Shown here in pieces: positions 50,349-64,000 of a stretch of DNA of 64,000 nucleotides. Every line of letters begins with the position of its first letter. Positions within the stretch are counted from its first letter, which is position 1. Source of the DNA: Eledone cirrhosa (taxonomy: Eukaryota); NCBI GenBank assembly GCA_964016885.1, contig OZ024741.1:228284001-228348000 (forward strand), written 5' to 3'. Under the pieces are notes generated by a model, which saw nothing but the letters and a program-made list of their open reading frames with translations, did not search any database and was not told where the DNA came from. The translations under genes were made by a program, and so were the position numbers.

Positions 50349-50349
<1 letters not shown>
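49082..50349 (+). mobile_element. Tx1-like element copy E: putative 5'UTR of about 100 bp joined to the ORF2 C-terminal part and 3'UTR
   Basis: 5' cggacgtgcggtagatcgcgggtaaatttttgtaaa resembles the D/G 5' ends. LQVDRNWNEV..KGRAEVAN follows. It starts after (TC)n-TATC and ends in (TATC)n. Confidence 0.82.
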
Positions 50350-50409
<60 letters not shown>

Positions 50410-52932
50410 CGCGTGATACGTGAGCCGAAGCAGATGTGTGCGGCTTTTCAGCGGCACTTTGCTCGGCTGTTCGGGGGGAGCGGCGCGCCGGGAGAGGCTA
50501 TGGATTTCGGTCCATACCTCGACGGCCTACCGCGACTCTCGGACAGCGAGGCAAAGTTCTGCGAAAAGCCGATTTCAGCCACTGAGATAGGGGACGCGCT
50601 GAGCCAATGCGGCAAACGCAAATCTCCAGGTCTCGACGGTCTACCCTACGAATTTTACGTAGCAATGCCGGACTTATTCTCCGGTCTCCTGGAAGCGGTC
50701 TACTGCAACTGGCAACAGAACGGGAGAATTCCCAGTTCTGTAACCGGGGGCGTGGTCACACTAAGCAGGAAGGACGAGAATAAGGGGGATGACATAGGAA
50801 ACTTCCGGCCCATAACTCTGCTAAACACAGAGTTACAGATTTTGGCCAAGGTGTTGGCAAAGAGGCTGGCGCTTGTCGTCGAGAACCTGGTGGGAGAAGC
50901 GCAGACATGCGCAATCCCGACCAGGTCCATACACGACAACCTCCACCTCATGCGATACATCATAGAGAGGGTAGGGTGTAAACCCGGCTTCGGTGGGGCC
51001 CTGATCAACTTGGATCAGTCTAAGGCTTTCGATAGGGTTGACCATCGTTACCTGGATGCGGTGCTCGAGGCGGCAGGCTTCGGACCCGTGTTCAGGGGCT
51101 GGATTGCTGCAATGCACAACAGCAACATCTACTCAAGGGTCAAGGTGAACGGCTACCTCTCGGAGCCGTTCCATATTACGCGATCCATTCGACAGGGATG
51201 CCCTATCTCCTCCCTTCTGTACGTACTGACTCTCGAGCCACTACTGCGGAAGCTGGAGCTATTGCAGGGCATCCCTCTGGAACCGGGACTGCGGAAAGCG
51301 GCGTCGGCCTACGCTGACGACGCAACAGTAATGGTGTCGAGCGCCTCGCAAATCGAGGAAGTCGGCACCTTACTGAAGGAATACGAAAGTGTCACAGGAG
51401 CGAAGCTGAACCGGGACAAGTCCATCGGTTTGCAACTCGGATCGTGGAGAGGCAGACCGATGCCTTCCGATGGCGTCGTCGGACGCTGGACGGAAGGACC
51501 GGTTAAGCTGCTCGGGGTCTGGTTTGGTCCGGACCTCCAGGTGGAGAAGAACTGGAACGAAGTGACGGCCAAGGTGTTTGCACTCACCCAGAAGTGGGCC
51601 GAGTGCAAACTATCCTTGAAAGGTCGAGCGGAGGTGGCGAACACTTTTATAGCGTCCGCCATCTACTACCGCTTGACCGTCGTGCCTTGTCCAGCCAAAA
51701 CGCTCATAAATGGAGCGCGCGCTCTCACGATTCCTTTGGAAGAGGCGGGCTCCTTTGGTGAGGAGATCCATCTGCTGCCAACACCCTTCTAACGGAGGGC
51801 TGGGGATGCCGTGGTTGACGATGCGCAAACACGCGCTCAAGCTGCGGCATCTCTACGTATTCCTCACCGGACAACCGGTGTGGGCCCCGTTCGTGAGGCG
51901 AGCCTTCCCACGACTCGTCTCGCTGACCGAGCTGCAATCCTGGGTCAAGCAAAGACCGAGGAAAATGGGCGACTGGCACATCGAATGTGCTCAGGCGCTC
52001 ACAGCCCTCTGGCAGGCGGACCCGGCGATCAGTGGAGACTCCACTTCGTCATTCTATAGAGGGTTAGTCCGCAGCAAGTGCGACGACGCGCTCGGTGAAA
52101 CTCTAGGCGTAGAGGAAGATGAACTGGCCAGTCTGTTCGGTAGGACCTTCCGCCCGGGACCGATGGACAACTTCCAAAAGTCCCTGGCCTGGCAGTGCTA
52201 CCGAGGAGCTCTACCAGTTCGAGACAAGCTCTACAGACATGGGCGCCCGGGCAGGGACCCTGCAAAAAAGATCTGTCCGAGGTGCGTGCGAGACGAAGAA
52301 ACCGTCGCGCACGCATTCATACACTGCCCGGACGTCACTGACCTGTGGGGATATGAAGAACGACTATTGTCGCGGGTGGGACTAGTCCAGTTGACCACCG
52401 AGTCCATTGTCATGATCAAACCGATCACCCTCCTTCAAAAACGAAGGAGAGGCGGTTTTCCTTTGTGTGATAGCTATGGCGAAAGAGGTTGTATGGTGGA
52501 CAAGGTTGAAAGGGCTGAGGTCAAACACCTTTCTCTCCGACCAACAACTGATTCTTTTTTTCAAATACCACTTTGGAAGAAGAATCAGGATGGAGAGAGA
52601 GGTGCTGTACCCCAGCAAGTTTTATGAAAGGTGGGTGAAAGTGGCGAGAATGGCCCGAGTGAATGGGCCTTCTCTCTATATCAGCCTGTAGGTTGAGGAA
52701 AAGGAGGAGGAGAGGAAGGGAGTACAAACTCTTCGTATTTCTGGAGATGAGGGTTGCACATTTTTTTTCGGGGGTATGTGTTACCCATATAAACTGTCTC
52801 CCTCTATTGGGGAAAATCGACTAACTTTTTAAATTCCATCTGTGATAACATTTTACACGTTTTTATTGTATGTAAACTTCCCCCTTTGAATTTGTCCCCT
52901 TCTTTTGTGCCCCTGTGGCTAATAAAGAAACA
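50410..52932 (+). mobile_element. Tx1-like element copy F: 5'-truncated and best preserved (RT ORF 50413-51792 plus two frameshifted continuations to 52691)
   Basis: KSPGLDGLP, NFRPITLLN, DQSKAFDRVDH, IRQGCPIS, AYADD and CPRC..ETVAHAFIHC. Confidence 0.95.
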
Positions 52933-53000
<68 letters not shown>

Positions 53001-53001
<1 letters not shown>

Positions 53002-56000
53002 GCCTAACGGGTGGAACATCGCCGGTAAGCTTTTTGTAAATTTCTATACAAAAAACTGAACAAATTGTTTGAAAAAACATATCATTTCACACATTAACCC
53101 CCAAGCTGAATTGTCAGATGGGTGGTAATCCCAATTTTAATTAAAAATTTAAATAAAAAATTGTTTAAAAAAATCAAATTTTGCCAACTATAAAATATGA
53201 ATAGCTCGGAAAGAACGCTAGAGAACGTCGACAGAGAGAAGAGAGGTAGAGAGGCAGATATTAACGTTATGTCTGCTTCTTCCACTATAGACGTCGTCAT
53301 GGATACGACTGTCAACAAAGAGAAATAAATAATATTACCACTTGAAGATTTTAAAATTTTTACCGTCGAAGCAGAGGAAAATAACACACAGGAAAACACA
53401 GGAATTAAACCTATTAATATAAATACACATGAAAAAGACAACAACAACTCCATAGATACATCTACACATAAAGTTTCACCTCGTCAAGAAATTGCGATAA
53501 CAACAACAATAACAACAGCAACACCACAAAAAAAAAATGTCTTTCGCTGAAACAGTGAAGAAAAAACAAGATTTTATAAATCTTGCATCTCCAATGGTGT
53601 CAAAAGCATTCACCTTTTCCCCTACGTACATGGGAAAAAGGACACAAAAAAATAAAAATAAAAAATATACCACCAAACATTATTATCTGGTGGATCTTGG
53701 CTGGCTTCGTGGAGCCAAAGACTGATGCTATTCATTCAATACGAAATTCTATTAGACAAAGGTGTGTGTGTGTGTGTGTGTGGGGGGGGGGGGGGAATAC
53801 TGATTTGGAGATTCTGATGCAAATGAGGCCGGAGAGAATCTCCAAAATACCCGAAAAAGTCGTCATCGAAGATAACAACAAAATAAACATTTCAGTAGAA
53901 GGACGAACATTTCATTGCTTTCGCTGTGGTAGCACAGCACACATAAAAGCCTCTTGTCCAAAACACACAACAACATCATAAAGAAACACTATTACCAACA
54001 CCAACACCAAAACAACCACCACCACAAGTACAACAACAGACGAAACGAGCAAACACACCAAAACAAAGAGCCACTCAACCAACAACAAAACAAAACACAG
54101 ACAACACCCCTGAAGAATACAGCCCCATCCTATCCCATTCCATCAAACACTACCACGAACACACACCGATATACCACCACCACCACACAACATACCCCTA
54201 CCCCACACTCCTGACGATGATTATTCATTAACAGATGAGGCTGCTTCTCCTTCTTTAAGTGAAGAAGAAGGAGAGCCTCGGAAATCTAAAAAAACAAAAA
54301 AGAGACACCAGAACCCCCCCCCCCCCAAAAAAAAATCTCCATCCACCAACACCAACACACAACCACAGACACAAACAACAACACAAACAACACCACAGTC
54401 AAACATCCCCCTACCAGCAAAACCAACACCAACACCACCCCAAACACAAGACCCCACCATAAAAAGGAAAACTCCCGGACGAACAACAAACTGAAACAAC
54501 ACAACAAAAACACAAACAACAATACGCATACATCAACACCAACAACAAGAGTTTGATGGAGGTCATCTCCCAAAATCCCAAGGTGGAGACGGAGGGTAAA
54601 ACTTTCGTCAGAGCAGAATCGTCTCCAGACCTAAAACTAATAAGGGTTTCGATAGAAACCTATCAGAAATTGAAAGAACAACCCCAGTCGAAAACCTATT
54701 AACCGCGTCTTATTAAAATATTTCCCCACCCCACCCAACACCCCCACCAGAACTGAAATGGAGATTGAACAAACCGATCTCCAGGAGACGAAAAGGTAAG
54801 TCTTCTTCACCAACATGGCTAGTTTACGAATTGGAAGCGTGAATGTGCGTGGCCTAGGGATGCCATGGAAACAGAGCCAACATTTAAACGACGTTAGGTC
54901 ATACGGTTTGGACGTGATAGCTATCACCGAGTCCAGGATCCCCAACAGGCAGCAACTAACCCCCATCTTTGACGACTTTGAGATCTACGCATCTCTCTGT
55001 CAGCCAGGAGGTGGAGGGGGAGTGGCTGTCATGTTTCGGAAGAACCTGGACGTCGAAGTATAGCAAGTACACTTGGACACGGAGAGTAGACTAGTAGTCC
55101 TAGACCTGAACAATATTGGAGGTGGAACCTTCAGACAGGTGGCCGTTTATGCCCCGACCGGGCAATCGCAATCACGGCCAGACTTCTTTAAGCGTCTAGA
55201 GTCTTTTCTGGGAACGTCTAGCTCCTTACTTTTAGTGGCGGACTGGAATGGTATCCTAGATGCACGATGGGACTATGTGGGAGCATGTCCCAGTAGAGCG
55301 GTGTGCAACAGCCTCAAAAGTTTAATCGGCCAATTCCAACTGGCCGATAGGTATCGACTGGATTTCCCAACTGCATTAGAGAAAGGGACAAGGTGATGTT
55401 AAGCTGTCCACGAATGCACATGGTTGCCTATTCGGATCACAAATTAGTAGTCTGCAATAGTCAACCGTGACAGAACACATAGACTGAGACCCGGATACTG
55501 GAAGCTGAACGTGTCGTTGCCGGCACGTAAAGCTTACAGTGAACGGATAAGTAGACTAGTCAAGCAACAGTTAACGGGTGCCATCGTCAACAATAGATGG
55601 TGGTAGTCTCTCAAGAAAGCAATTAGAGTAGAATCAATAGGGTTTAGCAGAGAGTTAGCCTTAGAGAAAAACAAAATAGAAAGAGAACTAGTAGCCAAGG
55701 TAGGGGAGGCACTTAGAAGTGGCAACGCGGCTAGAGTGTTAGCGTCGAGAACGGCACTAGACCAGTTCTTCGACGCGAAACACGATGGCTGCTTCGTCAG
55801 AAGCAAAACACGTTCTCTAGGAAACGAAGGAGCGAAAGGTGTCAGCTGGGCCCGAGTGGCGGAGTAAAAAAGTGGCAACAAGTCCACGATTCGGTCTTTG
55901 AAAGACCAAAACGGATGCGTGCTACTTGACCCCAAGAAAATGTGCGCGGCCTTTCAGCAGCACTTTGCGCGACTGTTTGAGCAGAACGACGGTGAAGTGA

Positions 56001-58283
56001 AAGGGGCAATGGACTTTAGTTCATACCTGGACGGCCTGCCGCATCTCTCGAACACAGACGCCGAGTTCTGCGAAAGACCGATCACGGACACTGAGATACG
56101 GAACGCTCTGGGCCGCTGCGAGAAACACAAGTCACCCGGTCTAGATGGTCTACCCTATGAGTTTTACATAGGCATGCCGGTCTTGTTCTCTGGCGTCCTC
56201 GAAGCCGTCTACTTCAATTGGCAGCAGAACGGGAGAATTCCCAGTTCTGCAGGCAAGGGCGTAGTAACGCTGATCAGGAAAGACGAGAACAAGGGGGACG
56301 AAATTAACAACTTCAGGCCCATAACTCTGCTCAACACAGAGTAAAACATTTTGGCCAAGGTGCTAGCAACGAGGTTGATGCTTGTCGTCAAGAACCTTGT
56401 AGGGAAAGCGCAAACGTGTGCAATCCCGACCAGGTCCATACACGACAACCTCCCCCTCATGCGATACATCATAGAGAGGGTGGGTAGTAAACCCGGCTTC
56501 GGTGGGGCTCGGATCAATTTGGATCAGTCTAAGGCATTCGATAGGGTCGACCATCGATACTTGGAAGTGGTTCTCAAGGCGGCCGGTTTCGCCTCCATTC
56601 TGTATGTATTGACTCTAGAGCAACTACAGCGGAAAATGGAGCTGTTGCAGGGCATCCCTCTAGAACCAGGACTGCACAAAGCGGCGTCGGCTTATGCCGA
56701 CGACGTCACGGTAATGGTGTTGAGCATTTCGGAAATCGGGGTGATCGGCAACTTACTGAAAGAATACGAAACGCTGACGGGAGCAAAACTAAACTTGGAC
56801 AAGTCTGTCGGTTTGCAACTCGGTACGTGGAGAGGCAAACCTATGACGTCCGACAGCGTCGTTGGACGCTGTCGGTGAAATTGCTCGGGGTCTGCTTCGG
56901 TCCAGGCCGCCAGGTGGAGAAAAACTGGAGCGAAGTCATGGCCAAGGTGTTTGCGCTCACCCAGAAGTGAGCAGAGTGCAAACTGTCCTTGAAAGGTCGA
57001 GAAGAGGTAGGGAACACTTTCATAGCGTCCGTCATCTACTATCGCTTGACTGTCATGCCTTGTCCCCGTGAACATCTCGCCAAGATGGAACGTATGCTCG
57101 TCCAGTTTCGGTGGAAGAAGCAGGCTCCGCTGGTGAGGAGATCCGTCTGCTATCAGCACCCTTCCAACGGAGAGCTGGGAATGCCGTGGCTGATGATGCG
57201 CAAACATGCGCTGAGGCTGCGGCATCTTCGGTTATTCCTCACCGACCCCCCAACCGGTGTGGGCACGGTTTGTGAGACAGGCTTCCCCGCAGCTCGTCTC
57301 GCTGACGGAGCTGCCGTCCTGGGTCAAGAAAAGACCGAAAACGATGGGCGCCTGGCACATTGAATGCGCTCAGGCGCTCACAGTCCTCTGGCAAGCGGGC
57401 ACAGCAATCAGTGGAGACTCCACGACATTCTATAGAGGGATCGTACGTTACAAGGGCGACGATGTGCTAAGAGAGACCCCTGGGCGTCGAAGACGATGAG
57501 CTCACCAGTCTGGTTGGTAGGACTTTCCGCCCGCGACCCATGGACAGCTTCCAGAGGTCCCTGGCCTAGCAGTGCTACCGAGGAGCTCTACCGGTTCGTG
57601 GCAAGATCTACAGGCACGGACGCCCCGCCAGGGATCCTTCTAAGAGGACGTGTCCAAGATGCGAGCAGGGCATTGAAACCGTCTTGCACGCAATTGTACA
57701 CTGGCCGGGCGTAAGCGACCTGTGGAACTATGCAGAACAACTGCTGTCGCGTATGGGACAAATTCAGTTGACTGCCGAGTCCATAGTAGGGATCAAACCG
57801 TCAGCCTCTTTTAAAAACGAAAGAGAGGCAGTTTTCCTCTGTACAGTGGCTATCCTGAAAGAGGTTATATGGTGGACGAGATTGAGAGAACTGAGGACAG
57901 ATGCCTTTCTCTCCGGACAACAATTGATTCCCTTCTTTAAGTATCACTTTAGAAGAAGAATCAGAGTGGAGAGAGAGGCACTTCACCCCAGTAAATTTAC
58001 TGGGTGAATGAAACGAAAATGGCCCGAGTGATTGGGCCTTCTCTGTTTATATGCTTGTAGGTTAAAGAAGAGAGCAAAAGGAAGAATGGAACACTTGCAC
58101 AACACGCTCCTGGAATTGATGGTTGTTCTATCGACGGGGTATTAAACAACCCATTTGTGGCGCTTCCCCCCTATTGGGGATTTCAATTGTTGTAATTGTT
58201 TTTTTATATTTTTTTTACACGACTGTATGTAAAATCCCCGGCATGTCTTTGTATTGTCCCCTTTCCTTGTGGCTAATAAAGAA
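53001..58283 (+). mobile_element. Tx1-like element copy G: full-length ends, degenerate ORF1 (CFRCGSTAHIKASC) and ORF2 (from 54815)
   Basis: Colinear with copy D, with (TATC)n flanks. Confidence 0.93.
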
Positions 58284-58299
58284 ATATATCTATCTATCT

Positions 58300-61200
58300 C
58301 GCATAGTATAGACGCGTACAACATCGGCTCCTGCCTTTTTGAATTTTTACCTATTGACCGTAAGTGTTTGTCTCTTTATTGTGTTGTCTTCGTGTCTTTT
58401 AACCACCCGGCTAGGTCTGTAGACGGGTGGTTATCGTATTTTTACCCCCTTTGGGGCTAAAAACTACTCCAAACATAAACTACTGGTGGTTACTAACCGG
58501 TTTCCTGAACTTGGACGTGGACAACCTTATATCAATAGGGAAGGCATCCGGCGACGCGTTCAGTGGAACGAGCATTGAAGTTCTGACCCAAATAAGGCCA
58601 GAACGTATCGCCCAAATCCCTGAACGCGTCATGCTGGATGACCGTACCCACCTCAACATTATTGTGGAGGGTAGGCATCACTCCTGTTACCTCTGCGGCA
58701 ACAGAGGTCACCTGAGGGCTGCCTGTCCCCAGCTCACACCGAAAAAACCCTTGTTACCAACACCTCAACAACAACATCAAAAACAACCAACACCACCACC
58801 ACAACAACAAAAACAAAAACAACCACAACAACAACAAAAACCAACAACACCACCACCATAACAACAACAACAAACACGTGAAAAAGCAACACAGAACACT
58901 GTCCCACCCAACCCCTCCCCACCCAATACAAATACAAAAACACACACCGCAAACACTACCAGAAAATATACCCCTCCCACCCAACAAGGAAGACGAACCT
59001 CTTTCGTCGCAAGACGAAAAAGATCCCTTCAAATAGTAAAAAGAAAGAAGAGGAGGCGCACCACAGACACACCTATTAACATAAACCCTCCTCAAGAGAA
59101 AACAAACTATATACAAACCACCCCTCCCCGTCACACAACACTAACTGCAGCGCAAAAAGAAGACTTTACGATATACATACATGAACACAAACAACAAAGA
59201 ACTAATGAACACAATTTCGTCAAACCCTTCGGTCCAAACTGAAGGGCCTAACTTTCTAACTGCTGTGGGACTACCTCATTTAAAAATGATTAGTCCCAAT
59301 GAAGCATTGAAAATAAATTTCACGGAGGACGTGCCCCCCCCCCCTGCACCAAGCCAATCAACCGCGTCCTCCTAAAAAATTCCCCCACCCCCTACCCAGA
59401 CACCCACTCAACTACAAACACCCCAACCTCACAACACACTGATGCCCCTACACTTCCACAAACCACCACCCACCCAACAACCCATCCCCAACGCTCATGG
59501 AAATTGAGCGGCCCGCTCCCCGGGACGAGAGAGGTAAGTGCCTTTTCTCCTTACCACCAACATGGCTGTGCTAAGAGTAGGGTGTCTAAATGCGCGTGGT
59601 CTGGGCTCACCTTGGAAGCAAGCAATGCTTCTAAATGTCCTCAGGTCACGATCTATAAATGTGATGGTTATCTGCGAGACACGGATCAGCAGCGTGAGAC
59701 AGCTGGCCCCCACCTTTGATAACTTTGAGATGCACCCATCTCTCTGTCAGCCCGGAGGTGGGCGTGGGGTTGTCGTTCTGCTGCAAAAACATCTGGGTCT
59801 CGCCACACACATAGTTCACTTGGACCCAGGGGGTCGACTGGTGGCGCTGGACCTTGGCAGTGGTGAAGGTGGAGCCTTTAGGCTGGTAGCCGCATATGCC
59901 CCTTTTGGGACAGAGCTGCCCGACTTCTTCCAACGTATGGAGTCTTTTCTAGGGACGTCCCGTTCCCTGCTTTTAGTGGGGGACTGGAATGGTATCCTGA
60001 ATGCACGTTGAGACTATGCAGGGGCATGTCCCGATAGAGAGGGGTGCAACAGCCTCAAGGGGTTACTCAGCCGATTTGACCTGGCCGATAGATTTTGACT
60101 AGATTTTCCGACGGTGCCAACCTGGTCTTGGACAAAACGCAGCGGTCAATCTAGATCTACCTAGATAGGTTCTTAGTTAGAAATAAGGACAGGGACTTTT
60201 TAAGTTGTCCAGAAATGTTCATGGTTGACTATTCAGACCACAAGTTGGTGACCTGCATGGTCAACCTTGATAGAACGCATAGACAGGGTCCCGGCATGTA
60301 AAGCTTGCAGGGACCGGATTAGTACGTTAGTTAAGGAGCGGTTGACTGGAGCGATCGTCAACAGTAGGTGGTGGGTATCTCTAAAGAGAGAGATTAGATT
60401 AGTCTCGATAGAATTTAGTAAGGTTCTAGCTGCGGATAGAATAGGAAGGAAAGGGAGCTGATAGATAGAGTAGAAGAGGCAATTAGAAGCGGCGACGTGG
60501 TCAGAGTGCTAGCGTCGAGAGCGGCTTTGAGCCAGTTTTTCGACGCGAAACACGAATGCTGCGTTCTCCGAAGTAAAATACGTGCTCTAGGGAACTAGGG
60601 GACCAAAACTGTTAGCTGGGCCCGCGTGACAGAAGCCAAGAGTGGAATTAAATCCACCATCCGGTCTTTGCGAGACCAGAATGGACGGTCGATCCTTGAA
60701 CCTAAGCAGATGTGTGAGGCCTTTCAAAGGCACTTTGCCCGATTGTTCGGAAGAGGCGGGGAGCCGGTTGGGGAAGTGGACTTCGGTCCATATCTCGACG
60801 GCCTGCCGCGTCTTTCGGACGAGGAGGCGAAGTCCTGCGAGGAGCCGATTTCAGCCGCTGAGATAGAGGACGTGCTGAGCCAATGCGGCAAACGCAAATC
60901 CCCGGTCCGATGGTCTTCCATACGAACTATATCTAGCGATGCCGGACTTGTTCCCCGATCTCCTCGAGGCGGTCTACTGCAACTGGCAATAGAACGGGAG
61001 AATTCCCTGTTCTGTGAACAAGGGCGGAGTCACGCTAGTGAGGAAGGACGAGAACAAGGGGGACGAAATAAGTAACTTCAGGCTAAATACAGAGTTACAA
61101 ATTTTGGCCAAGGTGTTATCAAAAAGGTTGGCGCTTGTCGTGGGCAACCTGGTGGGAGATGCGCAGACATGTGCTATCCCGTCCAGGTCCATCCACGACA

Positions 61201-63138
61201 ACCTCCACCTCATGCGATACATCATAGGGAGGGTTGGGAACGAACCCGGCTTTGGTCGGGCCCTGATCAACTTGGATCAATCTAAGGCGTTCGATAGGGT
61301 CGACCATGGTTACCTGGATGCGGTGCTAGCGGCGACAGGCTTCGGACCCATGTTCAGGGCCTGGATCACTGCTATGCACAGCAGCCGCATCTGCTCTAGA
61401 GTCAAGGTGAACGGCTACCTCTCCGAGCCGTTCGAAATCGCGCGGTCCATCCAACAAAGGTGCCCTCTCTCCTCCCTTCTGTATGTATTGACTCTCGAGC
61501 CACTACTGCGGAAGTTGGAGTTGTTACAGGACATCCCTTTGGAACCGGGATTGCGGAAAGCGGTGTCGGCCTACGCCGATGACGTGACAGTAATGGTGTC
61601 GACGACCTCCGAAATAGGGGCAATCGGCACCTTACTGGAGGAGTACGAAAGGTTCACAGGGGCTAAGCTGAACCGGGACAAGTCGATCGGTTTGCAACTC
61701 GGCACGTGGAGGGGCAAACCGATGCTCCCCGATGGCGTCGTCGGACGCTGGTTCGGACCAGACCTCCAGGTGGAGAAGAACTGGGGTGAGGTTGCGAACA
61801 GGGTGTTTGCACTGACCCAGAAGTGGGCCAGTTGCAAACTATCCCTGAAAGGTCGGGCGGAGGTGGCGAACACCTATATAGCGTCCGTCATCTACTACCG
61901 CCTGACCGTCGTGCCTTGCTTAAGGGAAACCCTCTCCAAGATGGAGCGCGCACTCTTCCAATTCCTTTGGAAGAAGCGGGCTCCTTTGGTGAGGAGTTCC
62001 ATCTGCTGTTAACACCCTTCGAAGGGAGGGCTGGGATGCCGTGGCTAATGATGCGTAAACACGCATTAAGGCTACGGCACTTCCACGAATTCTTCACCGG
62101 TCAACCGGTGTGGGACCCGTTTGTGAGACGAACCTTTCCCAGACTCGTCTCACTCACCGAGCTTCAATCCTGGGTCAAGTAAAGACCGAGAAAACTGGGC
62201 GCCTGGCACACTGAGTGTGGCCAGGCGCTCACGGCCCTCTGGCAGGCGGACCCGGTTATCAGTGGAGACTCCACCGCGACATTCTATAGAGGGCTGGTAT
62301 GCAGCAGGTGCGACGATGCCCTCGGAGAAGCCCTAGACATGGAGGAAGACGAACTGGCCAGCCTGTTCGGTAGGACATTCAGCCCGGGACCTATGGACAA
62401 CTCCGAGAAGTCCCTGGCCTGGCAGTGCTACCGAGGGGCTCTACCCGTTCGAGAAAAGCTCTACAGACACGGGCGCCCGGGTAGGGACCCCGCCAAAAAG
62501 ATCTGTCCCAGATGCATGTACGACGAGGAAACCGTTGCACACGCATTGGTACACTGCTAGGGCGTAGCCGATCTGTGGGGCTATGTCGAACGACTGCTTT
62601 CACGGGTGGGACCGATCCTGTTGACCACCGAGGTCATTGTAACGATTAAGCCCCCCCCCTTCAAAAATGAAGGAGAGGCGGTGTTTCTGTGCGTAATAGC
62701 CATGGTGAAAGAGGTTGTATGGTGGACGCGTCTGAAAGGACTGAGGTCAAGCACCTTTCTCTCTGGCCAACAACTGATCGTTTCTTCCGATATCATTTCG
62801 GAAGAAGGATCAGGATGGAGAGAGAGGTGTTCAAACCCAGTCGTTTTTATGAAAGGTGGGTGAAAGTGGTGAGAATGGCCCGTGTGAATGGGCCTTCTCT
62901 CTACATCAGCCTGTAGGTGGAAAAGAGGAAGGAACGAGGGAGCACCCTCTCTCTGTGCTCCCGAGGAGAAGGGGTTGCACACTTTTTTCGAGGGTGTGTG
63001 CGACCACCCCAAACCGCCCTATTGAGGACTTTATTGTTAATTTTATATTTGTTATTTGTTTTCTTTACACGCCCTTTTGTGTAAACTCCCCCTTGTATAT
63101 GTCCCCTTCTTTTGCGCCCTAGTGGCAATAAATAGAAA
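58300..63138 (+). mobile_element. Tx1-like element copy H: divergent subfamily, partial ORF1 (CYLCGNRGHLRAAC) and ORF2 59562-62916
   Basis: MAVLRVGCLNARGL, LLLVGDWNG, AYADD and CPRC..ETVAHALVHC. Confidence 0.92.
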
Positions 63139-63159
63139 TCTATCTATCTATCTATATAT

Positions 63160-63692
63160 ACCACCGAGTCCATTGTCATGATCAAACCGTCACCCTCCTT
63201 CAAAAACGAAGGAGAGGCGGTTTTCCTTTGTGTGATAGCTATGGCGAAAGAGGTTGTATGGTGGCCAAGGTTGAAAGGGCTGAGGTCAGACACCTTTCTC
63301 TCCGGCCAACAACTGATTCTTTTTTTCAAATACCACTTTGGAAGAAGAATCAGGATGGAGAGAGAGGTGCTGTACCCCAGCAAGTTTTATGAAAGGTGGG
63401 TGAAAGTGGCGAGAATGGCCCGAGTGAATGGGCCTTCTCTCTATATCAGCCTGTAGGTTGAGGAAAAGGAGGAGGAGAGGAAAGGAGTACAAACTCTTCG
63501 TACACCTGGAGATGAGGGTTGCACAATTTTTCGGGGGTATGTGTTACCCATATAAACTATCTCCCCTATTGGGGAAAATCGACTAACTTTTTAAATTGCA
63601 TTTGTGATAACATTTTACACGTTTTTATTGTATGTAAACTTCCCCCTTTGTATTTGTCCCCTTCTTTTGTGCCCCCGTGGCTAATAAAGAAA
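63160..63692 (+). mobile_element. Tx1-like element copy I: 3' fragment
   Basis: Near-identical to 52395-52932. Confidence 0.92.
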
Positions 63693-63694
63693 CA

Positions 63695-63829
<135 letters not shown>

Positions 63830-63847
63830 ATATCTATATATCTTTCT

Positions 63848-64000
63848 GTCTGACGCGTGAAACATCGTCGGTAAGATTTTTTCTAAATTTATATTCGAAA
63901 AACAGAACAAACTGTTTGAAAAAACATATTATTTTGTAGATTAACCCCCAAGCTGAATTGTCAGCTGGGTGGTAATCCAATTTTTCGCCCCTGTAGGGGC
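63848..64000 (+). mobile_element. Tx1-like element copy J: 5' end running off the window
   Basis: ctgacgcgtgaaacatcgtcggtaag...ttaacccccaagctgaattgtcagctgggtgg matches 42621-42760. Confidence 0.88.

Noticed and set aside
50413-51792. 459-aa RT ORF as a functional CDS
   Set aside because: It is 5'-truncated (no APE domain, no ATG) and frameshifted downstream, so it is a dead-on-arrival copy.

Overview
Gene-free, repeat-saturated eukaryotic DNA. It is most likely cephalopod (octopus-like), which I infer from the SINE types and the microsatellite load. No intact host gene, rRNA, tRNA gene or CRISPR array is supported. The window is a nest of decayed retroelements sorted by microsatellite type. 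(i) At least 11 co-oriented copies or fragments of a Tx1/L1-group non-LTR retrotransposon (ORF1 with CCHC knuckle; ORF2 with APE endonuclease, RT and Zn finger), from about 5 subfamilies, form head-to-tail arrays at 20.5-28.9 kb and 42.6-64 kb. Every visible 3' end runs into (TATC)n. (ii) Three copies of an R4/Dong-like RLE element sit in (TATG)n, interleaved with a non-coding RTE-like short element that has a (TATG)n tail and forms a 637-bp tandem trimer. (iii) Penelope-like elements (PLEs) and their terminal-repeat remnants lie next to (TA)n. About 10 recognisable minimal type-I hammerhead ribozyme motifs were read by eye, several in or near these remnants and some inside palindromes. (iv) There are also CRE and RTE fragments, a hAT-like and a Tc1/mariner relic, Helitron-like elements and tRNA-derived SINEs. 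Nearly all short ORFs in the track are microsatellite or antisense artefacts. Coordinates were read by eye and boundaries are approximate.
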